This document shows positions 31,901-45,800 of a stretch of 64,000 nt of DNA, piece after piece. Under the pieces are notes generated by a model. The model worked only from the letters and a program-made list of their open reading frames with translations. It was not told the origin of the DNA and did no database searches. Positions within the stretch are counted from its first letter, which is position 1. The number at the start of each line of letters is the position of its first letter. This DNA comes from Paraspadella gotoi (taxonomy: Eukaryota; Animalia; Chaetognatha), in assembly GCA_051294375.1 (NCBI GenBank), contig CM119265.1, positions 23,900,669 through 23,964,668 of the forward strand. Reading direction: 5' to 3'. A program made the translations under genes and the position numbers.

Positions 31901-32814
31901 CAGATACATATATTCCTTGATTCAGCGCCACCTTTAAAAATATGGCGCCGGCGAACAGATTTGCCGAAATCTTTGTTAAAATGTAGGACAAAAGGGAAAC
32001 GACTGCCAACAAAATCTGGACAAAATATTTTGTTTTTATTAAATTAACAGGCTGTAAGTTCTGCTCCTAATAAATCTTAATCAAGGGAAATCAATAGTTG
32101 GCAGAAAATAAAATTAAAAATAACTTTTGAGATTTACATAACCTTCTCAAATAGTTACTTACCTGCAGCCTGTTTCCTCCATATCTCTTTTTCAAGTATT
32201 CGGGCATTGTAAATACTCCAGACTTTAAATAAATTGGGGTGAAAAGCCAACCCAATACCAATATACCGAATGTGCTAATCATCTCGTACATGAAGACGGC
32301 GATTCCTGAGGCAGCTCCAGCGCCGGCCAAACCTGAGAATAAGTTAAAAATGATGTTTAAATAATAAAAACTTTTAGCGTTTTATTTTGACTTTTTACAG
32401 GCGAACGTTTAGACCAACTTTTTATAAAATAACACTTTCACATTTTTAAAATCTTCTTTTGTATAATCAATACTTTTAAAGCACAAAATAGTAAAGTAAT
32501 AACTTCAAAGGCAAAATTGAAATATTAGTTACGCAATGTTCACCTACGAAATGCTCAGATCCAATATTGGAAGAAAAGAGGGACGCGCCCACAATGAACC
32601 AGTTCATGGATTTTCCCGCCAAAAAGAATCCGTGGACGGAATCGCGATTTTTTGTCGTGGAATAAATTCCAATGGCGAAGATAAAGACGAAGTAAATGGC
32701 CAGGACACCAACGTCCAACCAATGGAGGTTGCCAAAGTGACGATTGGCAGCATCGTGGACCAAGGAAGGACAGAGGTCAGCCATTTTGTGGAAGAGATGA
32801 GGAGAGGTGGACAT
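28913..32814 (-). CDS. Sodium:solute symporter, SLC5/SGLT sugar-myo-inositol clade (~727 aa). Exons 32814-32544, 32332-32163, 32015-31891, 31817-31481, 31236-31045, 30980-30801, 30676-30599, 30533-30373, 29582-28913
   Basis: [112 protein letters not shown]. All phases join in frame. Confidence 0.93.
29806..29902. mobile_element. Further-truncated member of the same PLE-like hairpin family, without a ribozyme (duplicated at ~27308-27412)
   Basis: Tail motif CCTTTCTTTTTCGTTGT (reverse complement of the family tail) followed by a 30-bp inverted repeat (29832-29861 / 29873-29902) with an AATAAAATTCGTTG core shared with the other copies. Confidence 0.55.
29990..30410 (-). repeat. ~70-nt tandem array derived from the SLC5 exon-8 end plus splice signals (genuine unit + 5 copies); also at ~27500-27890 in the duplicate
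   Basis: Unit GGATTTTTGGGGTCTCACTTGCGGATTGCTGATTGGGTGTACCAG|GTCAGCAAAAGCTTGGGCTTTTCAG recurs every 65-72 nt. Confidence 0.9.
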
Positions 32815-33714
32815 GTGTTGAGAGATGAAGGTTTTATCTTTCTAGTTCAGCTGAAAAAAAAAGTTTTAAACATTTTATTTTTTACGACAAAGAAACAAAG
32901 ATTTTTTCGGGACAGAAATTCTTTAAAAACAAATTAAAAAAGAAACACAAATACTGACCAAGATATTCATCTCGGTTACCTCGCGCTAGATGATCGCGAG
33001 CCGCATACATGTACGATGTTGGAATTTTTGCTCCCCCCGAGACCACCGAATCTGTGAAACGAGGAAGGAGTCAACAACTCAGACGAACGCAGCCGAGAGG
33101 TCTCATAAGGTGCTCACCACCGAGGTTAACCGACGCGAGGATCTAAGGTACCTCATGACACGCATGCTTGCCGACGCGATTATTGGAAGGACGAAGACGT
33201 CTGGGCGGCAGACCGCCGTCCGATCAAGCCGCAGCCAGCGAAACCACCTTTGATGCTCAACTGCCCTCGCGATACCAAGGCGTTAGAATTCGGCAACCCT
33301 AAGCAGAGTTGGATTCAGTCTCTCCGCAAGTTTAGCATCATCACTCATCAAACGAGAAGCATAAAGAGACGGACGGAAGAATAGACGGACGGACTGACTA
33401 TTGAGATGATACTCCTTTCATATGCAATGTTTAAAAAATAAATATAAAAATTATCATATAGTTAGAACAAACTAAAAACAAGTGTTTAAATCAGAATGGT
33501 TCTAACCAGTTTCATATCTTTTATTGGTCAGAGACATTAATGAAACGTAATTAGCTGATCAGAAAAAAAAAAGTTTCCGAAAGATTCTTACCTTTTTATT
33601 GGATAGACCAAGCGCGCCAGCTNNNNNNNNNNNNNNNNNNNNNNNNNACAGAATTTTGGGGGAGTTTTAAGAAAACAAATGTTGATAAAGGAAGTGTAGA
33701 AGAAACCGAGTGGT

Positions 33715-33745
<31 letters not shown>

Positions 33746-35137
33746 GGGGTCGCTTTGAGGTCACACAAGACGGCCAAGTGACACAGATCCTTTCATTAAT
33801 AAGAAGTCGTTAATCATTCATCTCGATTCCTAGTGCCGGTAAGACGCCCTTTACATCTTAAATTCGGAATTAAGTTAGTTTATAGTTTAAAATTAGGTTA
33901 TAAATTCGGGTTAAGGATTAGGATTAAGTGTTTGGGATTAAATTAATGGTTTGGTATCAAAATAGATTTAAATTTTAAGGTTAAAGGAAATTTGTTGCGA
34001 CTAACACAAATAACACTAAATTCGATGGAAAGAAAAACTGGCCAAGATCATCCGGTTACTCGTGGTCGGTCGCCGGGTTTGAATTTTGCCCCGACCGATT
34101 TAAGGGTTTGTGTCATCTGATTCGGGTCTTTATAGAGATAGATATATATTTTTCCTTCATCTGTTGATATTATACTCGATCCACTCTGTCCAGAACAATT
34201 TTCAATATTTTTTATCATATCATCAGCTGAGATATGACGAAAAGGTTTTTTTTGCTTACAAAAATTCCACAGTGACAGCGTTGACTTACAAATTCCAAAC
34301 TTGTCCATAGGTTCTTTTAATCCATATCTAGAAATGCATGGATGGATTTTTTAAAATTCAACATTTAGCTATAAAATTAATAATTTTAAAGTTAAAAAAT
34401 GACTCTCTATTTTTGAAAAGCAAATAAAATATAAGTCGTCAACTTATTGAAAAATCCATCCATGAGATGTAGAGAAAAGCAATAAATTTTGCCAAAGTGC
34501 ATCAGTATATTTTATTATTTGATAGTAATTGAGTTATCGATTTTTATGTAAAAAAAAGTAATAACATTTTTTACGAAGTTTTTTCTCCGCTGGTTTCCAG
34601 TGATTTTTCAATTTTTCTACGATTGCAAGTAACGGAAGACATAACGAATTCGTCATGCATGACGCGAAATACGCGAGTCAACAGTGGAATTCTTTTGAAA
34701 AAAAAGGTGATAGAAATCGTCTTTACCGATGTTTTCTTTTTAAAGCAAAGTTTTTTTTTCTTTATTCTTTTTCTTTAACGGAAATAAGACCGCAATGCAG
34801 AAATTCGGCATCGTTGGTGAGTAAATAATAATTATAATAATGCATCAAAAACTTTCTGTTTGCTTATTTATCTTATCTTCGGGGAAGACACTTCGTAATA
34901 AATACTATCAATTGTTGATGAAATACGTGTAAAAAAAAATATTACTCGATACTTAGTTCTTTGGGTTCACGTGTATTTTCCTTTGATCACATTATATGAC
35001 ATGACATGACATGACTAAAAAACTTTCTTAGCCCTTATAATATAAGTTATATTTTTAGGATATCCTGATGGTGGCGCCAGCAGTTCCTTAGATTTGAGGT
35101 TTTTTCCTATCTTAACAAATAAGCAACCAAATATGCA

Positions 35138-35330
35138 TTTTTAGTAGCGCCGCGAGTACTCACGGAATAACTCTATAAGTCACTTTTCGGTCGGTCTGTC
35201 TGTTGGTCGGTAAGTCTGTTGGTTGGTCTTTCCCACTTACATTAAAAACACTTATAACTTACCTATAGTTTGTTGCTCATTTTTTAAAACAGGAAAAAAC
35301 CTCAAATCTAAGCGACTACTAGCGCCGCCT
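35138..35330 (+). mobile_element. HINE/DINE-1-like (Helentron-associated) interspersed repeat
   Basis: TTTTTAGT..small hairpin..AACTCTATAAGTCACTTTTCGG followed by a GTCG/GTCT microsatellite. Related copies at 35390-35575(-), 35861-36075, 38160-38203(-), 40475-40600 and 25960-25995. Confidence 0.55.
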
Positions 35331-35389
35331 TTTGTTTTTAATCTTATAAACTATGAGAAATAAAAGACGTGATTCCAATTCAGAGCCTG

Positions 35390-35575
35390 TTGTATATACA
35401 CGGAAATACAAGAGATAAGAAACTAAAAATAAAAGTAATGGGGCGCAATACCTTGGAATAACCGTTCCTTGTTAACGTAAGTAGGACAAACCGCAGGACA
35501 GACATACCGACCGACAGACCGACCGAAAAGTGACTTCTAGAGTTACTCCGCGTGTACTCGCCGAGCAACTAAAAA
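35390..35575 (-). mobile_element. HINE/DINE-1-like repeat, inverted relative to the 35138 copy
   Basis: Minus strand TTTTTAGTTGCTCGGCGAGTACACGCGGAGTAACTCTAGAAGTCACTTTTCGGTCGGTCTGTC...CCGTGTATA. Confidence 0.5.
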
Positions 35576-36022
35576 CTCTGGCTGATAAGATTAAGTCTGT
35601 GAAAATAATCTGCGTTTTGTGTAAAGCAATGAGAGGGAAGATATGTGTATTATATTGAACTCATAATAATTTGGAAACCTGAGAGGATTTCAGGGATAAA
35701 ACCTGCTTAGGGCTTTTTGAAAAATCAGGTCGTTAACTTTGAAGAGAGGAAAACTTGAATGCTCGACACTTTTTCATTGTCGTCGTCGTTGTCGTTGTGG
35801 CTGTCGTCATGGTAGTTTCTTGGTCGTCGTCGTCGTCGTTGTTAACCTTGAGGCAAGAACTTTTTAGTAGGATCTGCTTATCAGCAGATTCCGACTCTGT
35901 CATCCACTTTGTCGGTCCGTCGGTCCCCCTCAAAATCTTGTCAGTATCTTGTCACTTATATTATCTCAGAACATCATATTATGATAAATTTCGCAAAAAA
36001 AAAAATGTCCGTCCGTCCGTCG

Positions 36023-36054
<32 letters not shown>

Positions 36055-36268
36055 TTCTGTCTGTCTGTCTGTCTCAAAGGTAAACAATCATCGGTATTTA
36101 TCATCTGTTTAGCTGATTAACGCTTAATTATCGCATGCAGATCCGACATGGTTTTCTGAAACTTTTTTTCATCGAATTTAATCGAAGTTGGAATCGAAAT
36201 TTGATTGAAACGAAATCGAAACGAAGGACGAAACTAATGCGCGTCCGAGAGAGAGAGTGAAAGGAGAC

Positions 36269-36315
<47 letters not shown>

Positions 36316-38614
36316 TTGTGATAAAGCTTCCAATATAGATAGTGAGGAGGAGTGGTTCGTAATAATTTAAATAAGTTAAAAGTATCATAAGAGATAAGAC
36401 TATTTGAAGTAAGATGATGCATAAATTCAGTAGAATATGGCTGGTATCCCTTTCGATTGAAGAAAGACGTGAGACTACAAAAAAAAACCTACTTAGTTTA
36501 ATTAAAATTTAAATACAATTACTTAAAATTAGCGCCGCTTCGATATATACGACGTTGTTTGTCCGACGCACGGAGAATGTGGATTCCCTCGCCCGCCATT
36601 AACGGGGACCGGCTTTTTTTTTTGCCATTTAGGATTGCCATTAGGTTTGCCATTAGTTCGCCATTTGGGGCGATCGTTTCCGTGGCCGAAGAGGACCGCA
36701 TCCTCCCCAGCCTCTTCCACCGGAGACTCCTTTCGCGGGGAAATCGAATCCGGAGTCAATTCCGGAACTGGCCGATTTTTGATTTACCGGCATTTCGTCT
36801 ATGCAGTATCGGCGAATCGAAGGCGTTCGGACCTTGTCATAGAATTTCATTTTTTTTTAAATTTTATTTTATTAAGTGACCATGACATTTGGCTCCACCT
36901 TGTTGCAGCCTTCCATCGGACGAGAAGCCTCTTTGCGGCATCTTTTCATTGGTTACACCACGGAATTGAATACTAGAGCTTCTTCACTGTTGCATTAAAA
37001 ATCGTTGCAATGTCCAGTAGGGTGAAGTGAAAGTTTTGAATCACAAAATTTTATTGTTTTCACATCACCCTAATGTTCAGTCGCTTCACCCGATTTCATC
37101 ATCGCAACTCCAGCTATCGATTATCTCTCTGCAAACGTGACTCGGAAGCAACGGTTCGCGCAAAAACAGGATCCCAAAGATCATTACGACTCCTTTTTAA
37201 TTTTCGCGGTCAGCTCCTCCCTTCCTCCTCCGCCGGCTGCAGCGCTACCGCCACTGCCGCCGCTGCTGCCGCCGCCGCTGCCGCCGCCGCCAAAATAAAT
37301 AGACCTTCTCCTCCTTTTTTTTGGAGGCAGCGAAAAATGCAACAACATCTCTATATCGATTTCCTCCGATAACGAGAATTCAACGACGTCATTAGGGTGG
37401 AACAAGGGGAAGGGGGTGAAGAAGGGGGGTGGTGGAGGGGGTTAAGGGGTAGGGTGGTTAAATTTTAAAAGAAATCATTTGTTTTGGAATGTTTTTTTTT
37501 GGGGGGGGAAATACGGGAATTGTTTCTTTGCGATGAAATTATTACAGAGCGAAATTGAGGTGTGCCAGGAAAATCTAGTTGGAAAGAAGCTATTGAAAGA
37601 ATAGCTTATCGAAGTATTTTTTTACGACCTACTGCAACTATCTACAGACGCCTTTGTTTATGGTTTAAATTTTTAATACAGACGTTATTTGCTACTTAAT
37701 CAAAAACAATTGTAAATGACTCTAATTTAAGAGTTTAATGATCTTTGGCAAAACATTCGGTGATTTTGGGTTATATTAAAGAAAAGTAAGATATGAAAGC
37801 GAAGTTAAAGGTAGACTAAAGGGAGAAAATGACAAGAAAAAGTGCAGACGCTAGCAGGAACAAAAATAACAGATTAAAAAAACTGGAAAGACGAAGGAAA
37901 AGATGAGATGAGAAAGATGATGGAAGGAGAAACAAAACAGAGAGACAGGTGGAAGATGAAATATTAAAAAAAGAGAGATCATGAAAAAGTAGAGAAGCTA
38001 TGAAAATTAAATTAGAAAAAAAAAGGAAAACAAAGTTGAAAAACTGAACAGTATAAAATGAAAAGAAAGTGAAATAAAAGCTATGTCCTTTCCCATTAGC
38101 AAAATCTAGCGTAGAATTAATTAAAATTTTATAAAACCTTCCAACTAGTACCAAAAACAAAATTATAGAGTTACTTCCCGAGGACGCGCGGAGCAACTAA
38201 AAACAAAAGGGAAATTCGTTGAAATACAAAAAGCGGAAGATTGAAGTGAAGAGAACCTCCTCTTTTCTTTCTTTTTAATATTCTCTGGCCTGATCTTTCT
38301 TTTTCAAATTCTTCTTCCAGCATTCCCTGCCCGCCGTACAGCAGCGTTCGNNNNNNNNNNNNNNNNNNNNNNNNNNNNNNNNNNNNNNNNNNNNNNNNNN
38401 NNNNNNNNNNNNNNNNNNNNNNNNNNNNNNNNNNNNNNNNNNNNNNNNNNNNNNNNNNNNNNNNNNNNNNNNNNNNNNNNNNNNNNNNNNNNNNNNNNNN
38501 NNNNNNNNNNNNNNNNNNNNNNNNNNNNNNNNNNNNNNNNNNNNTTTTCCGGCTTCGCCTCGTTTCAGTACTTTCTTTTTTAAAATCTCATGTTTTCTCA
38601 GCATCTCCCTCCTC

Positions 38615-38685
<71 letters not shown>

Positions 38686-39029
38686 ACTCTCTCTCTCTCT
38701 CTCTCTTTTTCTTACGTCCTTTTCTTAATTCTCCTTCTTCTCCATCTTTTCTCTTCTTCTTTTCTTTCTGTCCATCCCTCTCTCTCTCTCTTTTCCTTAC
38801 TCTTCAGTCCCTTTTGTCTTCCTCTCCTACCCATTATTACTCTTCTCTGTTTCTCTCTCTCTCTGTCTCTCTCTCTCTCTTCTCTCCTTCTCCTCTCTCT
38901 CTCTCCTCTCTCGTCTTCCTTCATTTGCTCTCCATCACGATTGTCTCCACGTCGGGAAGGATTCTTCCCTCTCGTCTTGGGTTATTTCATTCTGTTCAGA
39001 ATATTTTTCCCGCGTAATGGACATTGTAA

Positions 39030-39108
<79 letters not shown>

Positions 39109-39363
39109 TCTCCTCCCTCGCTCTCCATATCGTTATGAGTGTTTTCGGGCCAGACGACATAACTTTTAAAGTCATTTCTACCTCATTTCCTGTCCATCTT
39201 TAAACGTCTGTTTCTTCCCCCCCTCCTTCACCGCCCCCTTCAACCCCCCCTTTCAACCCCCCCTCACCCCCCCCTCAGGAGTCTTTCTCATGTTTCTTTC
39301 TCTCAAAATAAAATAGAAAAAGAAAAAAACATCGTTTTGGGAAAATTTTTTTGTTTACGACTT

Positions 39364-39414
<51 letters not shown>

Positions 39415-39815
39415 CGTCTCTCTCCTCTCTCTCTCTCTCTCTCTCACTCTCACTCTCTCTCTCTCTCGTCTCTCTCTCTCCCTCGTCTCTATCGTCTCTC
39501 GTTCCTCTTAAGAGAAAAGAAAGAATGAAAAGAGAAATAGACATGGAGGCTGGAGGGCATGGAGGCATGGAGGTATGGAGGCATGACAGAAAGAACGAAA
39601 GGATAAAGTGTATGAGAGGTTCATCCGCTGANNNNNNNNNNNNNNNNNNNNNNNNNNNNNNNNNNNNNNNNNNNNNNNNNNNNNNNNNNNNNNNNNNNNN
39701 NNNNNNNNNNNNNNNNNNNNNNNNNNNNNNNNNNNNNNNNNNNNNNNNNNNNNNNNNNNNNNNNNNNNNNNNNNNNNNNNNNNNNNNNNNNNNNNNNNNN
39801 NNNNNNNNNNNNNNN

Positions 39816-39852
<37 letters not shown>

Positions 39853-42800
39853 GATATGAGTGAAAACGTAAAAATGAGCGTAAAATTATGGAAGTCAGAA
39901 TGTTCTGGTTGAGACAGCTTGTCAACAGGACTTGCCAAGGAGTTGCAGACGTTGGAAGGTAAAAGAGAAGTGAACGAGAAAGAGAGGGAGTGAGAGAGAG
40001 AGAGAATGAGAAGGAGGAGACAAACAATCGAGAGAAATGTTATCAACGACTAAACTAAAAAAAAATGAAAACTGAATATCAACTAAGAAAAAATTTAAAA
40101 ATAAATTAAAATTCTTTATTATTTTTATTTCTAAATTTTTTTTAAATACGATGATTGATATTGTCGTCGTCATTTGCTAATACAATCATTAAATTGAATA
40201 TTTTACATATACATATTTTACAAACATACCCACAAACAAATTTCCAAGTTCCATTGACGGACCGACGCCTCGCTCGTTGCAATGTTTCAACTTGCCAGGT
40301 CTCGTTCCAACTTCCAACTGCGTTTCGTTGATTGGCGTCCAACTTCATAAAAACCTTCATCGCTTCGGAAACCGGCGCCATCAAAGTCGTCGTGAAAAAA
40401 TCGGCGTCCGTCTTCATCAAAATTGCAAATATGGAGAATCCATAAGTGGGTAAGAAGATAAGGGTTTTTTTTAAGTCACTTTTCGGTCGGTCCGTCGGTC
40501 GGTCTGTAGGTCTGTCGGTCTGTTAAAAATGCATATAATTCGCCTCTAGTTGGTTTCTAATTTGTTAAGACGAGAAAGAACCTCAAATCTAAGTGCGATT
40601 GCGGAGGCGTTGAGTTACAGGGTACTCGTGTTCAACCGGGTGGATATTAAAAAAATTCATTAATGAGAATTTTGTAAAAAAGCCGTTTAAAAAAAAAAAC
40701 ACTTTCATAAACCTAAATTCACATCGTCAGTTTTGTTTGAATATACAAACATAAAAAAACCAAACATAATGACCAATAACTCAATTTAAAAATTTGTATT
40801 TTAACATCAAAAGGTTAACATTAAAGCATAAATTAATAACAGTAAGAAAAAGTTTTCATACATTTAAAAACCGAGACTTGGTCTCAATATCAGATTGATT
40901 CCCAACCCTTTCTTACAGAATTGGTNNNNNNNNNNNNNNNNNNNNNNNNNGAAATTGGTTCTCATGTTAGCGTGCATTTATTGGCACCGACAGTCCCGGT
41001 CATTGGCTCACAGGCAATCTATGATTCGCACCTCGTCAAACATGCTTCAAACGCTTCTTTCGTCGCGCGCGAAGCAGACAAAATTCACTCCTGCCGCTAA
41101 CGGCTCCATCCGCCGCGCGCGAACAGACTATTCAGCGTTATTACGAAAGACAGAGAGAGAGAGATCGAGAGAGAGAGAGAGAGAGAGAATAGAGAGAGAG
41201 AGATGAAAATGAGAGGAGATGAGAGAGGAGAGGAAAGTATTAGAAAGTAATAGAGTACTTGTGCGTGATTTGAGGAAGCAGATAGAGAGGTGCACAGTGA
41301 ATATAATTCCGACGTCGTTACCTATACTCCCATGTTAGCAAAGTTAGGCGGGAAAGAGCAGTGGACAATCTAGAGGAACCCAGTTGAGTGGTTGGTTTGC
41401 CTGACGTTGTGTACGGGGGCGTAAACGGTGCGGCGGGCTGGGCGCGCGACCGCAATAATTTCTTTTCACATAACTCGTCATACTCGGTTGACAGCTCCTA
41501 TACCCAGAGGCAATGATTTACCTTCTGTCACTCTGATTAGACGGCTATGTCACCATCTAAAAAATCTTTCGTGAATACTTGGGGTTCACCCCGGCCTATC
41601 TTATCAACAGTTAACTAACACCAATAGAATTATTTCGATTGGCAAATTATTTTTTTATTGTTACAAACCATACTTGTTTCTACATCTATCAAAGGAAACG
41701 AGGCCTAACTACTACATTGTTAGGGAACACGTAGCGAAAATAATACTTAGAAACTAAACCTACGCAGTTTATTTTATTGTCATATGCACACATCAATAAT
41801 ACAATGACAGAGACAATAATCAATATGGCTACAACTACGAGTATGATCTCCGTCTCGTGCCAGGATGCTGAGCTTGAACACCTTCCCCGCTTCATCGGTA
41901 GTGGATAATTCTTTTAAGTAAACAAACAAAATATTTCTTTAAAATCTATTTTCAATTTTAAATATACTATATTAACTTACATGTTCGACGAGAATAGTAA
42001 AAGCGAGCGAAATCGTCACCGGTTTCGCCACTTGTTTCAAAAATAAATATTTTTTGATAAACATTTTTTTCGAATTTTGTCGAATTTTTAGTTTCTTCTT
42101 TTTTACAAATTTCTAATTCGGTTTCAAAAACGGGAGCAAGTTTGTTCTCGTAAAACCCGTGCCCAAAAAATTCAAATTTCATTATCCAGACACGAGAGAG
42201 CAGAGAGAGATCGTAGCAGAGAGAGCAGAGTATTAAAGAGTTTTACATTGAGAGATTATGAATGAAGAATTGAAGAAGCTGATCCCGACAGCTGACGATA
42301 GATCCGAAAGATTAGAGATCCGTACAGTGAAGAGATAGCAGAGCACGAGTAGAGACGATTGAAGAGCAGAGAAGTAGAAGATAGAGAAGAAGAGCAAGAG
42401 ACTAGTCAACCGCTTAACGTACAATGGGGAAAGCGATCGCTGAGTGTTAGATATACTGATCCCCCTCCATTATCCTTTACCCCCAGCTCTGTTCCCCTCA
42501 ACTAGCGAGTTTCCTTCCATCGCCATCTCACCACCCTTTCTATGGACCCCCATTATAGTGTTTTCTCTCCTATCGGCTCTGAGAACATGTAATCTTATGC
42601 GCGGTGTGTATGAACGTGAAAGAAAACCTCTGTTGCAGTGTATTAATTGATACGCTTCGACAATAAGGTCTTGTACCTGATTAATTATTTAGCGTGTTTA
42701 ATATATCTCATGTTACAGGAGAATTCTACTTCAACGTCCTATTCTTGCTAGGGCTAAACCGTTCGTTACTCTACCCTCGGGAGAGTCCTCCGCTTTTCGA

Positions 42801-45800
42801 TTGACTCTCTTCCTCTTCTCGTGTCATCGTCTGTGACAGCAGTAATTCATCTCTGGAGTTCACTCCTCCATCGAGGGCGGAGAGAGTCGATATGTCTCCG
42901 CCGTTACGACGTTCCACGTCTCGCTTTATCCTCGTTTCGTAAACCGCTCTATAAAACTAACCTAAGACCATCTATGCTAGGTGGCCGATATAACACAGTC
43001 CCGTTATTTAGCGTTCATCGCTTTAAGCTCTGATAGTAGAAGACGGATTGAGGGATTATTATCCAGCTGTTTATAAATATAATTTTTAAAAAACTTAATC
43101 AATCTCGAACTTAAAGGATGAAAAATTAGAGCCTATTAGCAATCGATTACCTCGTCATATCATCGATGTTCTCCCCGCCCCCCTTTTGGACTCGCCTATT
43201 TCCTACTGCTCCCGACACGCCCTCGAAAATTCTCTTTTTTGCGCGATATAATCAGATCGCCTCCTTCTAATAGACGCGCACTCAGACCCCGCTACATTTC
43301 TTTACCTTCGGTTCCATTCGTACGACGCTGCATGCTACGACCCGCGTAAACCCTTTCGTATCATGATACTCAATTAACAACACAGAGAAGAATATCACCG
43401 ACATCTCTTGTCAGTTCGTACACAGTCGAGAAGAAGGCACGCTCGAGATCAGTGGATCGAACAAGACGAAACAGTATCAGACGCACCGCATAGAGGAAAA
43501 ATGACACCGCGGCCGTCATCGTCGTCGTCTATGAGGCGGCGCACGAGGGCAAATCGGTCGTCTCGTCGGCGCGGCATAGGTCGTCGTCGACGCGCTATTA
43601 TCTCGTCGTCGTCACGGTCCGCTTGACGACCGCGGCTCCTATGGCACTCGCGGCTCGTTCGTTCGGCGCGGCGCTACTCTTCCTCACCGCAGTCGTCGGC
43701 GGCGCTAGGTACTCTTCCTCACCGCAGTCTGTCTGTATCGTCCGTGTCGCTGTCGTCGTCGTCACCGCGCAGAGCTTCGTTTTCGATCAGCCCGGGCGTC
43801 TGCTACAACGGTCATGTGCGTGGTTCCCCGCAGAAGCGTCGGCCTTCGCGCCCCGCGCCAATTCAGAATACCCGCCGAAAATAAAATTGCTTCCAATCGA
43901 CTATGGGGGTCGTTCCGGACGTCGTATCGACGTGGTCGAAAAGCCAAAGTGGAAGGCGGCGACGGCTGTCATCTTCAACGGTTGAAAGCTCTGTGACGGC
44001 CGGCGCGGTTCGATATAAGATAACCCCATGCAAGTAGTAATAGTCATGCGGCGGACTGACTCGGACGACAACACAGTCGTAATCGTGAAATAGAATATTA
44101 TCGCTGATCAATGTAACCAAATCATCCTTCATTTGTTATTTGAGAGCAGAGAGAGACGATGATAGATGAGAGAGGAGAGAGAGAGAGAGAGCGCGCTGAG
44201 AGCATAAAGTCAGTGGGAAAATAAACCTTGGAATAACTACGTCAGAAAAAGCGAAAAAAAGTGAACAAGCGAGGAAACGTGAAAAGTGAAAAGTGAAAAA
44301 GGTGAAAAGCCGAACAATGGATAAAACAGCCAAACTATAATCACGTCTGACAGGAAGTAAAATAATACTTTCGCGAGCTCTAGGGTCATTATTCATTTAA
44401 ATAGATCAAGAAGGCCATACAAGAATGACAAAACCACCCGATGAGAGTACGCGAGGAAGAGATCCAGAATGACGATGGACGAGATGAAGGACGAGATGGA
44501 GGACAAGAGTAGAGAGACATACTATGGTGAGGTAGAAAGAAGAGAGACAAAGAAGAGATGAACCGAGAGACGAGAGAGATGAGAGGAGAGAGAGACATAC
44601 GTTAAAGCATTAGAGGAGAAGACGAAGATGAGAGGATGAGATAGTGAGAGACGAGAGAGAACCTACGTCTAGAGAGACGAAACGAGACAGAGAGCAGTGA
44701 CAGATAGAGAGAGAGCAGAGACGAGCAAGCAGGACTTACGCGAACGTCGTAATCATCCTGTCAATGTTTTTTCCGTAACACGCCTTGCATGAACGCTCCT
44801 GGTCGCCGCCGTGCCACTCTAGAACGGTCCATAACGATCGCGTTTTCGATTCGGACGGAAAAGAACGGACATCGACGCGTCATTCTCCCCATTTCATCAC
44901 CAATGGGCATCGAAGTCCCTCATTTTCCTTAATTATCTTCAGAAGAAGAAGGAAGACGCAGACATAAACACAGAACGAAACTTCCTTTGTTGACCAAAGT
45001 CTCGTAAACGCACTCTACAAAGTAGAGGCGAGCAAATCGAGTTATATTCCCTCAACAAGTAATAAGACAAATATAATATTTGTTTATTGACGGATATGAT
45101 ACGAAATTGCCAAACACTGGTTGAAAAGTGTGCCACACCATTCCGCGCGCGTAACACGGAGGCAGACTTCATTTCGTCCTTTAATACTTTTGCGAAAAAA
45201 TCGAGATAATCAAAAAATTCTACTCCCGAACCGGTCAACACGCTTACCAAAACCCTTACAGAACCGCCGGGAGAAAAGACATCATCAGAGAATTGTCGCT
45301 AATGGATCGACGCACAACGGACGCCTGCCCCTGGACTTAATCCAGGTTTCCACCGAAAAAAATTCCACCACGGATCTGCAGTGCCGAAAAGAAGTAAGAT
45401 TCGTATTTTTACGCTATTGAAAACATCCCAGACTTTCCTACAAGATACCCGAGTCCTGACACCGTTACCCCGCAGTTAACACCGTCATCCAACAACGAGT
45501 TTCACGACGCTGCTCTCCACAACCGACAACGTCCGTTTCATCTACGATTTCGCATGATCCAGAAGCGAAGACCCCTAGGAGTTGCATACAGCCAACTTTC
45601 TATCGACGCACCTAATTTAAAAAAATCATGGACACTGATTAAACTTTATCGCAACCCGCAACGAACTTAACTGCCGTTCTGTTACGAATGTTTTTCTACT
45701 AAATACATGAAAATGACTTTATCTACGACCGATATTCTCTAAGCCTACCATGCCCGACGAAGGCGATGTACATAAACGAGTTTATTTTTTTTGATCCGTT

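Noticed and set aside
31891-32015. Suspected frameshift in SLC5 exon 3
   Set aside because: On recount the exon is 125 nt (phase 0 to 2) and reads [12 protein letters not shown] in frame.
33865-33960. Degenerate TTAGG(G)-like tract as an interstitial telomere
   Set aside because: Too degenerate and short; no perfect tandem units.
36520-37380. GC-rich ORF cluster with a poly-Ala/Pro/Gly tract
   Set aside because: No recognisable domain and no consistent multi-exon frame; the low-complexity GCC repeat keeps several frames open.
40700-40732. CTGACGA...GAAA on the minus strand as another hammerhead
   Set aside because: Stem II relies on weak G-U/A-U pairs, and there is no stem III or cleavage triplet.
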